NCBI GenBank assembly: GCA_045603745.1
Contig: JAZUMQ010000003.1
Span: 2,599 to 66,598, forward strand
Direction: 5' to 3'
Source: Eubacteriales bacterium
Lineage (GTDB): Bacteria > Bacillota > Clostridia > Oscillospirales > UBA644
Length of the DNA: 64,000 nt
The position numbers and the translations under genes are program-made. A model generated the notes under the pieces. It was not told where the DNA came from. It saw nothing but the letters and a program-made list of their open reading frames with translations, and did no database searches. Positions 1 to 10,387 of this stretch are shown one piece after another (position 1 is the first letter of the stretch; each line of letters starts with the position of its first letter).

Positions 1-353
1 AACATGACGTTTACGCCGTGTTCCAAGGCATAAATGGTTGGTTCTGCATGCTGGCAGTTATAAGTACAAACGGATACGGCATCTAAATCTTCGGCGTCGA
101 TCATAGATTTATGATCGGGATAGCAACGAACACCTTCCACGCCGTATTTTTCAAAGAGCGCTTCTGCTTTTCCGGGAATAAGGTCGGCGCCGGCAACGAT
201 TTCAACATCTTCCATTTTCAAATATTCTTTGATATGAGAACCTGCGATCCAACCGCAACCGATGATACCGACTTTTACTTTTTTCTTGGTGTCGATGACC
301 TCTTGCACGGTTTCATTTTTAAAGAGATCCAAATCTTTATCCAAAACTGCCAT
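1..353 (-). CDS. Gfo/Idh/MocA family oxidoreductase (3' part outside window)
   Basis: Own translation from ATG at 353 (GAGGAG RBS): MAVLDKDLDLF...KVGIIGCGWIA...DLDAVSVCTYNCQHAEPTIYALEHGVNV; Rossmann GxG motif typical of the family. Confidence 0.85.
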   Translation of the reverse strand, partial: MAVLDKDLDLFKNETVQEVIDTKKKVKVGIIGCGWIAGSHIKEYLKMEDVEIVAGADLIPGKAEALFEKYGVEGVRCYPDHKSMIDAEDLDAVSVCTYNCQHAEPTIYALEHGVNVM

Positions 354-378
354 AACAATTTCTCCTCTTTTTTCATTC

Positions 379-1206
379 TTAATTGATGGTTTTTAAATAT
401 TCAATGCTCATTTTTGCACATTCCAAAGGAGTTTTTTCCATGGACGGCTGATCCTGTTCCACCACAACCCATTCCACGCCGGATTCTTCGGCGGCTTTAA
501 GAATGGCGGGGAAATCCTGAAGACCGTATCCAACGGGACGGAATTCAAATTTCTGATTTTCTTGGGATTTCTTTTCCGCGTCGTCGTCCACTCCGATAAG
601 GGCGTACATATTGTCGGACTTCTGACCGACAAAATCTTTCAGATGAACAATGCGGCAACGACCGGCGTATTTTCGGACATATTCTGCAGGATTTTCGCCC
701 CCAACGTTGACCCAACAGGTATCCAACTGGGTTTGCAACAGATTGGCATCGACCGATTCATAAAGAACGTCCAGCATATGCTTTCCGTTAATCATATTGG
801 TAAATTCAAAATCGTGGTTGTGATAACATAGCTGCATTCCCCGATCTTTTGCGGCTTTTCCAAGTTTTTTACAAATATTGACCAATTCAGGGAAGTCTTC
901 ATCGGATTTGCAATAATTGGAAGGAACGTGAGGAATCACCACGAACTGACAACCGATGCTTTTGTAGCGGTCATACATTTCTTCCGCCCCCACGTCGAGA
1001 GTTTCTTTCATATTAACATGGGCGGAAATGGGAACAAGATCGTGTTTTTTACAAAGATCCCTTACTTCTTCTGCAGAGTATTCGTAAAGACCGGCAAACT
1101 CCACGCCGTCATATCCCATCTCTTTGATTTGTTTCAAGGTTCCGTCCAAATCGGCCTGCGCCTCATTTCGGACCGAGTACAACTGAAGGGCAACAGGAAA
1201 TTTCAT
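379..1206 (-). CDS. sugar phosphate isomerase/epimerase (xylose isomerase-like TIM barrel)
   Basis: ALQLYSVR, GYDGVEFAG, YHNHDFEF, LDTCW, VHLKD and VVEQD motifs. Confidence 0.88.
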   Translation of the reverse strand: MKFPVALQLYSVRNEAQADLDGTLKQIKEMGYDGVEFAGLYEYSAEEVRDLCKKHDLVPISAHVNMKETLDVGAEEMYDRYKSIGCQFVVIPHVPSNYCKSDEDFPELVNICKKLGKAAKDRGMQLCYHNHDFEFTNMINGKHMLDVLYESVDANLLQTQLDTCWVNVGGENPAEYVRKYAGRCRIVHLKDFVGQKSDNMYALIGVDDDAEKKSQENQKFEFRPVGYGLQDFPAILKAAEESGVEWVVVEQDQPSMEKTPLECAKMSIEYLKTIN

Positions 1207-1327
1207 AACTTTGTAACCTCCGGTTCACACATTTATACTTGTATTATAAGACAAAATGTGCTATAATACAAGTCAATATAGAAAAAATATTAGCCAGAAA
1301 TTGCGGTTTAAAGGAAATTCAAAAAAA

Positions 1328-2173
1328 ATGACAACCTTTTATGAAAACAAAAAAAACAATCCTATTGTGACAAACAGAGGCAGAAACTTGACCGACAGTC
1401 CCCACCTTCATAATCATCTGGAGTTAGTTTATTTACAAAATGGAAGAACAGAAGCGGCTTGTGATAACTTCAGAGAAACCATGGAACCGGGAGATGTTTT
1501 TCTTTCTTTCCCCAATCAAGTTCATTGTTATCCAAAGCTGGGAGACGGAACGGCAATTCATTCTATCATCATCTTTTCTCCTACGGTTTGCAGTGAATTC
1601 AAAGACCTTTTTCGCCGAATGACCCCGGTCTCCCCCATTGTTCGGGGAAAAAATTTGGATCCGGATATTCCGAAATTGATTGAAAAAATCATTGACGAAC
1701 AAACGGGGCAAGCCCCATATCAAGAGGCGGTTATCAGAGGCTATTTAATTGCTCTTTTAGGGAAATTGGTTGGCTCTATGGAATTCCGGGAAGAAAAACA
1801 GTCGGACGGAACGGTGTTGAAAAATATTTTAAACTATTGCGATAAACATTATACGGAACCCTTGTCGCTGGAAGTTTTGTCGAAAGAGTTGAATGTGGGA
1901 AAATATCACATCTCCCACATTTTTGGAGAAAAATTAAAGATTTCCTTTCCCGATTACGTAAATGGGTTACGGATTAATGATGCCATACGAAAACTGACGA
2001 CAGACTCGGATCGGTCGATTACGGAGATTGCTTATGATTGCGGATTCAACAGCACCAGAACCTTCAACCGAGCATTCATAAAATACACGAAAATGACGCC
2101 ACGGGAATATCGGGAAAAGAACCTTTACAAAAATGTAACACCTATTAATTTTTACATTTCGGATCCGGATTAA
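1328..2173 (+). CDS. AraC family transcriptional regulator
   Basis: N-terminal cupin (PHLHNHLELVY) and C-terminal double HTH (SITEIAYDCGFNSTRTFNRAF); divergent from the sugar genes; start moved to ATG 1328. Confidence 0.92.
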   Translation: MTTFYENKKNNPIVTNRGRNLTDSPHLHNHLELVYLQNGRTEAACDNFRETMEPGDVFLSFPNQVHCYPKLGDGTAIHSIIIFSPTVCSEFKDLFRRMTPVSPIVRGKNLDPDIPKLIEKIIDEQTGQAPYQEAVIRGYLIALLGKLVGSMEFREEKQSDGTVLKNILNYCDKHYTEPLSLEVLSKELNVGKYHISHIFGEKLKISFPDYVNGLRINDAIRKLTTDSDRSITEIAYDCGFNSTRTFNRAFIKYTKMTPREYREKNLYKNVTPINFYISDPD

Positions 2174-2174
2174 G

Positions 2175-2222
2175 AAAAAGTCCTTTGAGGAGAAAATTCT
2201 CAACCCAAAGGACTCTTTTTTT
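2175..2222. terminator. probable bidirectional intrinsic terminator
   Basis: AGTCCTTTG/CAAAGGACT stem flanked by A and T tracts between convergent genes. Confidence 0.65.
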
Positions 2223-2235
2223 AACATTATTAGTT

Positions 2236-2802
2236 TTAGTCTTTGCAACGTTCCATATAAGAACCGCCGTCACGAGTATCAATGCGGATCTTTTCGCCTT
2301 CGTTGATGAACAAGGGAACACGAATGGTAGCACCGGTTTCCAAGGTTGCGTTCTTGGTAACGTTGGTGGCAGTATCGCCCCGAACACCGGGTTCGGTTTC
2401 GGTAACCAGAAGGTCAACGAAGAAGGGAGGTTCTACGCTGAATACGTTGCCCTTATAAGAAAGAATTTTACAAACGGTTTCTTCCTTAACAAACTTGAAG
2501 GCATCGCCAAGCATGTCGGCATTCAGGGGAACCTGATCGTAGGTCTCCATATCCATGAAGTAATACAGTTCACCATCGGTGTAGGAGTACTGCATTTCTT
2601 TTCTTTCAATGAAAGCCTGGGGGAATTTTTCGGTGGGAGAAAAGGTCTTTTCAACCACGCCGCCGGAAATGACGTTCTTCAGTTTGGTACGGACGAAAGC
2701 GGCGCCCTTACCGGGTTTTACGTGCTGGAATTCAACGACCTGATAAACGTTACCTTCCAATTCAAAAGTAACGCCGTTTCTAAAATCGCCTGCAGAATAC
2801 AT
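2236..2802 (-). CDS. efp: elongation factor P
   Basis: [21 protein letters not shown] and [11 protein letters not shown]; ATG 2802 with GGAGGT RBS. Confidence 0.97.
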   Translation of the reverse strand: MYSAGDFRNGVTFELEGNVYQVVEFQHVKPGKGAAFVRTKLKNVISGGVVEKTFSPTEKFPQAFIERKEMQYSYTDGELYYFMDMETYDQVPLNADMLGDAFKFVKEETVCKILSYKGNVFSVEPPFFVDLLVTETEPGVRGDTATNVTKNATLETGATIRVPLFINEGEKIRIDTRDGGSYMERCKD

Positions 2803-2935
2803 AGGATAATACCTCCGTATAGTATAAAATTCGATAAAAATATTACAATATAAATTATTATACACCATATTCAGTGTAATTGCAAGAGTTGTGATAAAAA
2901 ATTTTCAAATATGTAAAAAATAAAGGAAAAAAAAC

Positions 2936-3634
2936 ATGAAAAAGGCACGATTACGAAAGGCAATTGGGATCAGCATTGCAATTTTATGGTTATTTGCTCT
3001 TTCCACCTCCCCGATTTTGCAGGTGATGGCAGATGTTCCGGAATACACGGTAATCGTAGATCCGGGGCATGGAGGTACCGATGGGGGTGCGGTAGGGGAC
3101 GACGGAACGGTGGAAAAGAATCTGAATCTGACAATCGCCCTATTATTAAAAGAAAAATTGGAAACAGAAGGAATCCAAGTGATTATGACCCGACAGACCG
3201 ACGAAGATACCGACGGCTTAACAGGATTTCACAAACGGCAGGATCTGGAAGAGCGCGCACGGATCGGAAACGAATCGGGAGCAAATCTATACGTGAGCAT
3301 TCACATCAACGCCTCAACCACCCGAAAAGATCAGGGGTTTCAAGTATGGTACGGAAGTGGAAATCCCGAGGGACAACAACTTGCCCAAGTCATTACAAAA
3401 TCGGTAGAAAATGCCGCTATTTGCACAAGGATCCGAGCGGTCAAGCAAGTGCCGGAGACTCTGTATATTTTCCGGACGGTAACAATTCCGAGCGTACTTG
3501 TAGAATGCGGATTTATTTCCAATGCCGCAGATCTCTATAAATTGAAACAAGAAACCTTTCGCAACGACCTTTGCAAATCCTTGTGTGAGGGGATCGTAAG
3601 TTATCTTTCCGGAAGCAATTCTCGGATCACGTAA
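2936..3634 (+). CDS. cwlD: N-acetylmuramoyl-L-alanine amidase, CwlD-like (Amidase_3)
   Basis: N-terminal anchor; VDPGHGGTDGGA, EKNLNL, VSIHINA, SVLVECGFISN; the 'RQDLEERARI' segment resembles germination CwlD. Confidence 0.75.
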   Translation: MKKARLRKAIGISIAILWLFALSTSPILQVMADVPEYTVIVDPGHGGTDGGAVGDDGTVEKNLNLTIALLLKEKLETEGIQVIMTRQTDEDTDGLTGFHKRQDLEERARIGNESGANLYVSIHINASTTRKDQGFQVWYGSGNPEGQQLAQVITKSVENAAICTRIRAVKQVPETLYIFRTVTIPSVLVECGFISNAADLYKLKQETFRNDLCKSLCEGIVSYLSGSNSRIT

Positions 3635-4695
3635 TCGGAAATCAAAAATCCCTCGGCGGTTAATGCGAACCGATCTTCGGTCAAAGTGGCGTATCCGTGC
3701 GTACAAAGAGTCTTTGCAAAAGGCTCTTTTTCTTTTGGAAGAAAGGAACGACAGATTCCATCAGAAAGGCGAAGCCCAAGAAAAACAGATTCTTTCCGTG
3801 CTTCTTCTGCATCAACGATCTCGTCCGTCACCGAAGAAATCAATCCGTTTTTGGCGCAAAATTCAGCGGTATTCGGGGGAATATGATAACGAACACCGTT
3901 ATAGTAACCGGAAGCACCGGGACCGAATGCAAGGTATTCCCCACCCGCCCAATAGACGCTATTGTGCTTTGCCCGAAATCCGGGTTTTGCAAAGTTGGAG
4001 ATTTCGTAATGTTCATAACCGGCGAACGTTAAAACGTCGTGGGTAAGAAGGTACATAGCGCGCTGAAGTTCTTCCTCGGCCTCCGCAACGCCCTTTAATC
4101 CGAAGACGGAACCGGGTTCTACCTTTAAGAGGTAAACCGAAAGATGTTCGGGAGACAGATCCAACATCTGCTGAAGATCGTCCTTTAACGCCTCTTCCGT
4201 CTGTCCGGGCAACGCCGCCATAAGATCGAGACTGATATTTTGAAATCCCGCCGTACGCAATTCCCGGTAGGCGTCCAACGCCCGATCTTTGGTGTGCAAC
4301 CGTCCTAACGCTTGCAACTGTTTCTCCGAAAACGTTTGTACTCCCATACTGATTCGATCGACACCGTAGCAAGCCCACACCTCGGCAAGGGCAGGGGTAA
4401 CACTCTCCGGGTTGCATTCCACGGTAAATTCTTCACAAGAAGACAAGTCAAAGGTTTCGTTGAGAGCAGAAACAATTTCCGAAAAATCCGTTGCAGACAG
4501 TAAAGATGGGGTTCCACCGCCGAAATAAACGGTTCTGACCGTCTCCCCTATTGCAGGGCCTTTACGAATCTGATGGCACAATGCTTTCGCATAGGAAGAA
4601 ACCTCTCCGGGGGCTGCCGGAGAGGAATAAAAATCACAATAGTTGCATTTGCGGCGACAAAATGGAACGTGAATATACAAAGAACGGTTATTCAT
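3601..4695 (-). CDS. hemW: radical SAM heme chaperone HemW
   Basis: [33 protein letters not shown]; ATG 4695 overlaps the lepA stop. Confidence 0.92.
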   Translation of the reverse strand: MNNRSLYIHVPFCRRKCNYCDFYSSPAAPGEVSSYAKALCHQIRKGPAIGETVRTVYFGGGTPSLLSATDFSEIVSALNETFDLSSCEEFTVECNPESVTPALAEVWACYGVDRISMGVQTFSEKQLQALGRLHTKDRALDAYRELRTAGFQNISLDLMAALPGQTEEALKDDLQQMLDLSPEHLSVYLLKVEPGSVFGLKGVAEAEEELQRAMYLLTHDVLTFAGYEHYEISNFAKPGFRAKHNSVYWAGGEYLAFGPGASGYYNGVRYHIPPNTAEFCAKNGLISSVTDEIVDAEEARKESVFLGLRLSDGICRSFLPKEKEPFAKTLCTHGYATLTEDRFALTAEGFLISDYVIRELLPER

Positions 4696-6493
4696 CCAAC
4701 TTGAGCACCGCCATAAAGGCCTCCTGAGGAACTTCGATGGTTCCCAGTTGGCGCATACGCTTCTTTCCTTCTTTTTGTTTTTCGAGAAGTTTTTTCTTTC
4801 GGGTAATATCGCCGCCGTAACATTTCGCCAAAACGTCTTTTCGCATGGCGCGAACCGTTTCGCGGGCAATGATCTTAGACCCGATTGCCGCCTGGATCGG
4901 GACTTCAAACAGCTGGCGGGGAATATTTTCCTTTAATTTTTCGGTCAATTTCCGTCCACGAGCGTAAGCACGCTCCGCAGGGACGATAAAGGACAATGCG
5001 TCCACCACTTCCCCATTGAGAAGAATATCCAACTTAACAAGATCGCTTTTGACGTAGCGGGAGAATTCATAGTCCAAAGAGGCGTATCCTCTGGTACGGG
5101 CTTTCAACGTATCGAAGAAATCGTAAATAATTTCATTGAGGGGCATATCGTAATGCAGATCTACCCGAGAAGCGTCGATATATTCCATGGTTTTGAACAC
5201 GCCGCGACGTTCTTTGCAAAGATCCATAACGGTGCCGACGAATTCCGAGGGGGCGATAATATCGGTCTTTACGATAGGTTCTTCCGCCTCCAAAATCGAA
5301 CCGGGCGAAGGATAATTTGTGGGGTTATCAATATAGACCGTGCTTCCGTCGGTCATAGTAAGACGATAAACAACGCCGGGGGCAGTGGTAATCAAGTCGA
5401 GATTGAATTCCCGTTCGATGCGTTCTTGCATAATTTCCATGTGCAAAAGACCTAAAAATCCGCAACGGAATCCAAAGCCCAAAGCAATGGAGTGTTCCGG
5501 CTCATAGGTCATGGAAGCGTCGTTAAGGCTTAATTTATCCAAGGCGTCCCGAAGATCTTCATAACGCGATCCGTCGGCGCAGTAAATACCGCAATAAACC
5601 ATGGGATTGGCTTTTTTATAACCGGGCAAGGGCGCCAATGCGGGGGATTCGGCAAGGGTGACCGTATCGCCGACTCGAGTATCGCTGACAGTTTTGATGC
5701 TCGCCATGATATATCCGACTTCGCCGGCGCGCAAGGTGTCTGCCGGTCTGCAACCGAAGGGAGAAAGATAACCGATCTCCACCACGTCGAATTCCGCACC
5801 GGTTGCCATCATACGGATTTTCTGCCCTTTCGACAGAGAGCCGTCCATAACCCGGACGTAAACGACGACACCTCGATAAGCATCGTAATAGGAGTCAAAG
5901 ATCAGCGCTTTCAACGGCGCAGAAGAATCTCCTTTTGGGGCGGGAACTTCCCGAACGACCTGCTCCAATACATCTTGAATATTCAGTCCGTTTTTGGCAG
6001 AGATGCGGGGAGCATCTTCCGCGGGAATTCCGATGGTATCTTCAATTTCCCGAATGACCCGATCAGGGTCTGCGGCGGGAAGATCGATTTTATTGATGAC
6101 CGGAAGGATCTCCAGATCTCCGTCAATAGCAAGATAGGTATTGGCTAAGGTTTGTGCTTCGATCCCCTGCGATGCGTCCACCACCAACAGTGCGCCTTCG
6201 CAAGCCGCAAGTGCACGGGAGACTTCGTAGTGAAAGTCCACGTGTCCCGGGGTGTCGATCAAGTTCAGAATATAAGTTTCTCCGTCGGAGGCTTTATATT
6301 CCAATTTGACGGCTCGGGCTTTGATGGTGATCCCGTGCTCTTTTTCCAGATCCATATTATCGAGAACCTGGTCTTCCATTTCCCGCTTTTCCACGGTTTC
6401 GGTCAATTCCAAAAGGCGGTCTGCCAACGTAGACTTGCCGTGGTCAATATGGGCAATGATGGAAAAATTGCGGATTTTGGAAATATCGTACAT
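4688..6493 (-). CDS. lepA: translation elongation factor 4 LepA
   Basis: [20 protein letters not shown]...[23 protein letters not shown]. Confidence 0.98.
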   Translation of the reverse strand: MYDISKIRNFSIIAHIDHGKSTLADRLLELTETVEKREMEDQVLDNMDLEKEHGITIKARAVKLEYKASDGETYILNLIDTPGHVDFHYEVSRALAACEGALLVVDASQGIEAQTLANTYLAIDGDLEILPVINKIDLPAADPDRVIREIEDTIGIPAEDAPRISAKNGLNIQDVLEQVVREVPAPKGDSSAPLKALIFDSYYDAYRGVVVYVRVMDGSLSKGQKIRMMATGAEFDVVEIGYLSPFGCRPADTLRAGEVGYIMASIKTVSDTRVGDTVTLAESPALAPLPGYKKANPMVYCGIYCADGSRYEDLRDALDKLSLNDASMTYEPEHSIALGFGFRCGFLGLLHMEIMQERIEREFNLDLITTAPGVVYRLTMTDGSTVYIDNPTNYPSPGSILEAEEPIVKTDIIAPSEFVGTVMDLCKERRGVFKTMEYIDASRVDLHYDMPLNEIIYDFFDTLKARTRGYASLDYEFSRYVKSDLVKLDILLNGEVVDALSFIVPAERAYARGRKLTEKLKENIPRQLFEVPIQAAIGSKIIARETVRAMRKDVLAKCYGGDITRKKKLLEKQKEGKKRMRQLGTIEVPQEAFMAVLKLDE

Positions 6494-6644
6494 TCTGTTC
6501 CTCCGAATGGGGTTATATCAAAAATTCTCTTTCTATTATATCCGAATCTTTCGATTTTGTCAAGCATTTCTTTCAATTCCGACTTGATTTTCTTATTTAA
6601 ATATGTTATAATGGAATTAAATATGTAAGAAAGGAGGAAAACCC

Positions 6645-7463
6645 ATGGGACTATTTCAAAAAATAAGCCGAAAAAAAACTTACACCGTAAGCGATAGCCA
6701 ACAAAAACCCACGGCCGCGGTCTTTGTGGATTTTGAACATTGGTTCATTGCATTGAACAATATGTATCACGCGAAACCCGACTACAAAGGTTGGCTGAAA
6801 GATCTGAATAAACGAGTCAACGTAGAAGAAATCGTGTTTTTTGCAGATTTTTCCAATCAGAATCTTTCCAAAGAGATTCCTCGTATCCGGGAATTTACAA
6901 ACCGAATCATTGAGACAAAAAACCCGGACCCTCGTTACAAAAAAGATTTTACCGATTTCATTATGTTAGACAGTATTTACCAAAAAGCAATGTTCAATCG
7001 GAACGTGGACACCTTTGTCCTTTTTACGGGAGACGCGCATTTTTCTTCCGTCGTCAGCTTTTTGGTTAACCGTTGCGGAAAAGAAGTTGGGGTATACGGC
7101 GTAAAAGATTCCTTCAGTCAACAGTTAAAAAACACGGCTTCCTGGTTCGTTGAGGTGGGAAAGCCGATTCAGGAAAATCCCAACGATGTCTATTATAAAA
7201 TGCTTTTTTCCAGTCTTGCCAATGCGGAAAACAAACATCGGAAAAATGCAAAACCCACCTTCCAAAAAACGGTAGCGGTCGTTGCGAATTATCATAAGAT
7301 TCCCCAAAAGACCATTCAAAAAGCGCTGGAAAAGATGATTGAAGAACAGTATGTGATCCGAGAGAGAACCGGAAAGGCAAAGCCCGGCGATCCGCTGGTC
7401 CTCAACTGGAAACGATGCGCTCAAAATCCCCTATTCACAGCCCACGTTCAAACCGACCAATAA
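6645..7463 (+). CDS. NYN (LabA/DUF88-like PIN fold) domain protein
   Basis: AVFVDFE, KDFTDFIMLD, FTGDAHFSSVV, GKEVGVYGV; probable C-terminal winged helix. Confidence 0.8.
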   Translation: MGLFQKISRKKTYTVSDSQQKPTAAVFVDFEHWFIALNNMYHAKPDYKGWLKDLNKRVNVEEIVFFADFSNQNLSKEIPRIREFTNRIIETKNPDPRYKKDFTDFIMLDSIYQKAMFNRNVDTFVLFTGDAHFSSVVSFLVNRCGKEVGVYGVKDSFSQQLKNTASWFVEVGKPIQENPNDVYYKMLFSSLANAENKHRKNAKPTFQKTVAVVANYHKIPQKTIQKALEKMIEEQYVIRERTGKAKPGDPLVLNWKRCAQNPLFTAHVQTDQ

Positions 7464-7478
7464 CGGAGGCACACGGAA

Positions 7479-8426
7479 TTGAGAAAAATCATAACATTGC
7501 TTCTGACCTTAACCCTTATCGTCGCGATCCCCATCTCTTCTCTTGCGGCAACGGCAAACGTTGCGACGGAATTGACTCAAGTCAGAAGTTATTACACCGA
7601 ACAAAAAGAACTGACCTCTTTTGAAGAAACTCTCGCCATGGCTTCCATGGGAATGTTGATTGGGAAAACCGCCTTTATTCCGGAAAATGACGGAACGGCA
7701 GGAGGACTTGCAAAAAGAATTCTTGCTATCAGTGCCACAGGCGAGATTCCGGAAAATGATCCGGACGTTCAAACGCTGAAAGACTTTCAAAACTCGGACG
7801 GAGCCTTTGGGAACGTGGAAAGCCATTGTCTTTCCCTTTTGGCAATGGCAAGCCGCAAGGAGATTTACAACAGTGCAAAGGCTTACGAATGGCTGATACA
7901 ACAACAGAGCGAAAACGGCTCTTTTTCCGATTCTCCCAAAAATACGGCACTGGCGATTTCTGCCCTTTCTCTTTCTAAAAATGAGAAGGAAATGACTGCA
8001 ATATCGAAAGCCGTAGCGTACTTAACGGGGTACAAAGCAGACAATGAAATTGATCTCTGTTGGCAGATCATAGGAATTACCGACGGCGGGGTGGACGCTA
8101 CCACTGCGGCGGATCGGAAGTTTTTAGAAACGCTCCTCTCCTATCAAAATTCCGAAGATCATTCCTTTTATCGCTCCGAAAATGATTCCGAAACCGATCC
8201 GGAAGCAACGGTAATGGCGTTGGCGGCACTGGATTCCATCAATGAAGATTCCAGTATGTTTCAACGTCTCGCAAAAGATGGAAAATTGACCTTTTTTGAT
8301 CCGGCAGAAGTAAAGCCGCTTCTCATATTTGCAGGAGTGATGCTGGGTGTTTCCATCGCATTTTGGATTTACATTTTTGCTCATAAAAAGAGCACGAAGA
8401 CTTTGGAAGAAACGAAAACCCATTGA
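7479..8426 (+). CDS. secreted, C-terminally membrane-anchored prenyltransferase/squalene-oxidase repeat protein
   Basis: Signal peptide; three QxxDGxF-type repeats (FQNSDGAFG, QQSENGSFS, YQNSEDHSF); C-terminal TM; TTG start with GGAGG. Confidence 0.65.
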   Translation: MRKIITLLLTLTLIVAIPISSLAATANVATELTQVRSYYTEQKELTSFEETLAMASMGMLIGKTAFIPENDGTAGGLAKRILAISATGEIPENDPDVQTLKDFQNSDGAFGNVESHCLSLLAMASRKEIYNSAKAYEWLIQQQSENGSFSDSPKNTALAISALSLSKNEKEMTAISKAVAYLTGYKADNEIDLCWQIIGITDGGVDATTAADRKFLETLLSYQNSEDHSFYRSENDSETDPEATVMALAALDSINEDSSMFQRLAKDGKLTFFDPAEVKPLLIFAGVMLGVSIAFWIYIFAHKKSTKTLEETKTH

Positions 8427-8440
8427 AAGGATCGAACGTC

Positions 8441-9208
8441 ATGTTGATTCCCGTATGGAAAAGCGAAATCCCCTATTTTGACCCCGAAAAAGGACAAGCA
8501 GCCCCTACCCTGATTCCCCATCTTTTACCGGGAGAAAATAATCCTTGCTGTATCGTGATTCCGGGCGGTGGGTACAGCCACAAGTCAATGGATCACGAAG
8601 GAAAACAAATTGCGGAATGGCTGAACACCATCGGCATCAGTGCATTCGTTCTGGATTATCGGATTGGCCCGGAATATGACGGACGAGCCTTTTTGGCAGA
8701 CGGTCAGCAAGCAATCCGTACCGTTCGCGAAGGTGCAAAGGAGTTCGGCATCGACCCAAATCGCTTGGGTGTTTGCGGTTTTTCCGCCGGAGGACATTTG
8801 GCCGGAAGTTGTGCGACTATGTATAAAACTCCGGAAGAACGTCCGGACTTTGCCATTTTATGCTACGGCGTTCTGACCCTGGGAGTAAAAACCCACGGCG
8901 GAACTGCTCGACACTTTTTGGGTGACCGTGCCGGCGACGAAGAATACGTCAAACAATCGTCCCCCATCAACCGGGTCACCCCCGACTGTCCCCCCATGTT
9001 TTTGTGGACGACCATCACCGACAACGCCGTTCCCCCAAAGGAAAACACCTTTGCTATGGAAAAAGCCTGCAGAAAAGCCGGTATTCCCTATCGGTTTATT
9101 TGCTACGACCACGGAAGCCACGGCTTGGGGATTCCAAAAAACGATCCGGAAATTGCATCTTGGACCATTGAATGTGAGAAATTCCTGAAAAAGCAAAATA
9201 TCATCTGA
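8441..9208 (+). CDS. alpha/beta hydrolase (acetyl xylan/feruloyl esterase-like)
   Basis: PGGGY oxyanion motif, GFSAGGHLA nucleophile elbow, D-x-x-V, HGLG. Confidence 0.88.
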   Translation: MLIPVWKSEIPYFDPEKGQAAPTLIPHLLPGENNPCCIVIPGGGYSHKSMDHEGKQIAEWLNTIGISAFVLDYRIGPEYDGRAFLADGQQAIRTVREGAKEFGIDPNRLGVCGFSAGGHLAGSCATMYKTPEERPDFAILCYGVLTLGVKTHGGTARHFLGDRAGDEEYVKQSSPINRVTPDCPPMFLWTTITDNAVPPKENTFAMEKACRKAGIPYRFICYDHGSHGLGIPKNDPEIASWTIECEKFLKKQNII

Positions 9209-9210
9209 AT

Positions 9211-9246
9211 ATAAAAATGCTTCGGAAGATTCCGAAGCATTTTTAT
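9211..9246. terminator. bidirectional intrinsic terminator
   Basis: ATAAAAATGCTTCGGAA-GA-TTCCGAAGCATTTTTAT perfect inverted repeat between convergent genes. Confidence 0.85.
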
Positions 9247-9260
9247 GTATTTAATAAAAC

Positions 9261-9617
9261 TTATTTCAAAATGGTAATTCCGCCGATAACGGGAAGTTTT
9301 TCTTCCTTATCGTTGACCGCGTTGATGATTCCGACGACGATGAGAACGGCGACGAGAATTCCGGCAATAAAGCCGATCAGACCGACGATCCAATTCATAA
9401 TCCCGAACAGGATTCCGATAATACCGCCAATCTTGGCAATTCCGCCGAGAATTGCTCCGACAATAGAAAGAACGATTTCAATGCCGGTACCAAAAATGCC
9501 AAGGACAAGCCCCTGATTCAAGTGGAATTTTGCGTTTTCTTTATCCCCGGCAAGGTAGGCAACCAACCAGCCGATGATGGTGCAATACGAAACGATGGAA
9601 GTGACTTTCTTGTTCAT
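9261..9617 (-). CDS. DUF4870-like small membrane protein
   Basis: KFHLNQGLVL and GIINAVNDKEEKLPVIG motifs; three hydrophobic segments. Confidence 0.8.
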   Translation of the reverse strand: MNKKVTSIVSYCTIIGWLVAYLAGDKENAKFHLNQGLVLGIFGTGIEIVLSIVGAILGGIAKIGGIIGILFGIMNWIVGLIGFIAGILVAVLIVVGIINAVNDKEEKLPVIGGITILK

Positions 9618-9640
9618 GTAAAAAACCTCTCTTTAAAAAT

Positions 9641-9667
9641 TCTTCCGTCCCGCAAAAGGGACGGGAG
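9641..9667 (-). terminator. hairpin/terminator downstream of the tRNA
   Basis: CCGTCCC-TTTTGC-GGGACGG on the minus strand followed by AAGAATTTT. Confidence 0.55.
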
Positions 9668-9675
9668 TTGTTTTT

Positions 9676-9751
9676 TGGAGCTGGTAATCGGATTCGAACC
9701 GATGACCTGTTCATTACGAGTGAACTGCTCTACCGACTGAGCCATACCAGC
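9676..9751 (-). tRNA. tRNA-Thr(CGT)
   Basis: GCTGGTATGGCTCAGTCGGTAGAGCAGTTCACT-CGT-AATGAACAGGTCATCGGTTCGAATCCGATTACCAGCTCCA; 76 nt with encoded CCA. Confidence 0.97.
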
Positions 9752-9876
9752 AGATTGCGGCACACCCATGCCGCAAGATATTCAAATCACGAGTACTATT
9801 ATAACATATCCGAGGAATAAATTCAATGAAAAAAGTGTTACATTTTCACTTTTTATCAAATTCTTCCGAAAACTTC

Positions 9877-10340
9877 TTAATAGAGATTGGAAGCGGTAAC
9901 ATTTTTCAGCCAACTATTCAGCTCCAATGTCAGTCTCAAATTTCCGTCCTTATCTTGAGAATAGGGAAACACCGGCTGTTCCAATTCTTCAATCCAATCG
10001 ACTTCTCCACTGCAATAAGATTTGAGAAAACCGCGAAGCAGCGGTAGCGTCGTCCGCCCCGGGATTATAGCATTTTTCCGCATAAAGAACCAGAGATGGA
10101 AGATTACTGAACTGGGAGGCTTCTCCACCGTTATCTCCCCAACCGGTAACAATAACCTCATTACAACCGTTGCAAAGGCAGGCGTCCAAATGTATCAAAG
10201 CTCGGGAATAAGAAGCCTTATTGTGGGGAGCAAATCGACACAGAGATTCCGTCCGAAGCCTCTTCGTGAGACAACAAAGACAGAACATCAGAAACCGGCA
10301 GGACGAGTTCCTCAGGAAGATCCTGAAATTTAAGCTTCAT
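9877..10340 (-). pseudogene. internally deleted remnant of a GH20 beta-N-acetylhexosaminidase (GcnA-like)
   Basis: Three out-of-frame pieces: MKLKFQDLPEEL...DGISV / FAPHN...EVIVTGWGDNGGE / YCSGEVDWIEELEQ...NSWLKNVTAS. Confidence 0.65.
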
Positions 10341-10387
10341 AATACAAAGCTCTTTTTTACTTTATCCTTACGACATATGTTTATAAA

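Noticed and set aside
9676-10340. tRNA-Thr as an island integration site
   Set aside because: No duplicated tRNA 3' end and no integrase in the window.
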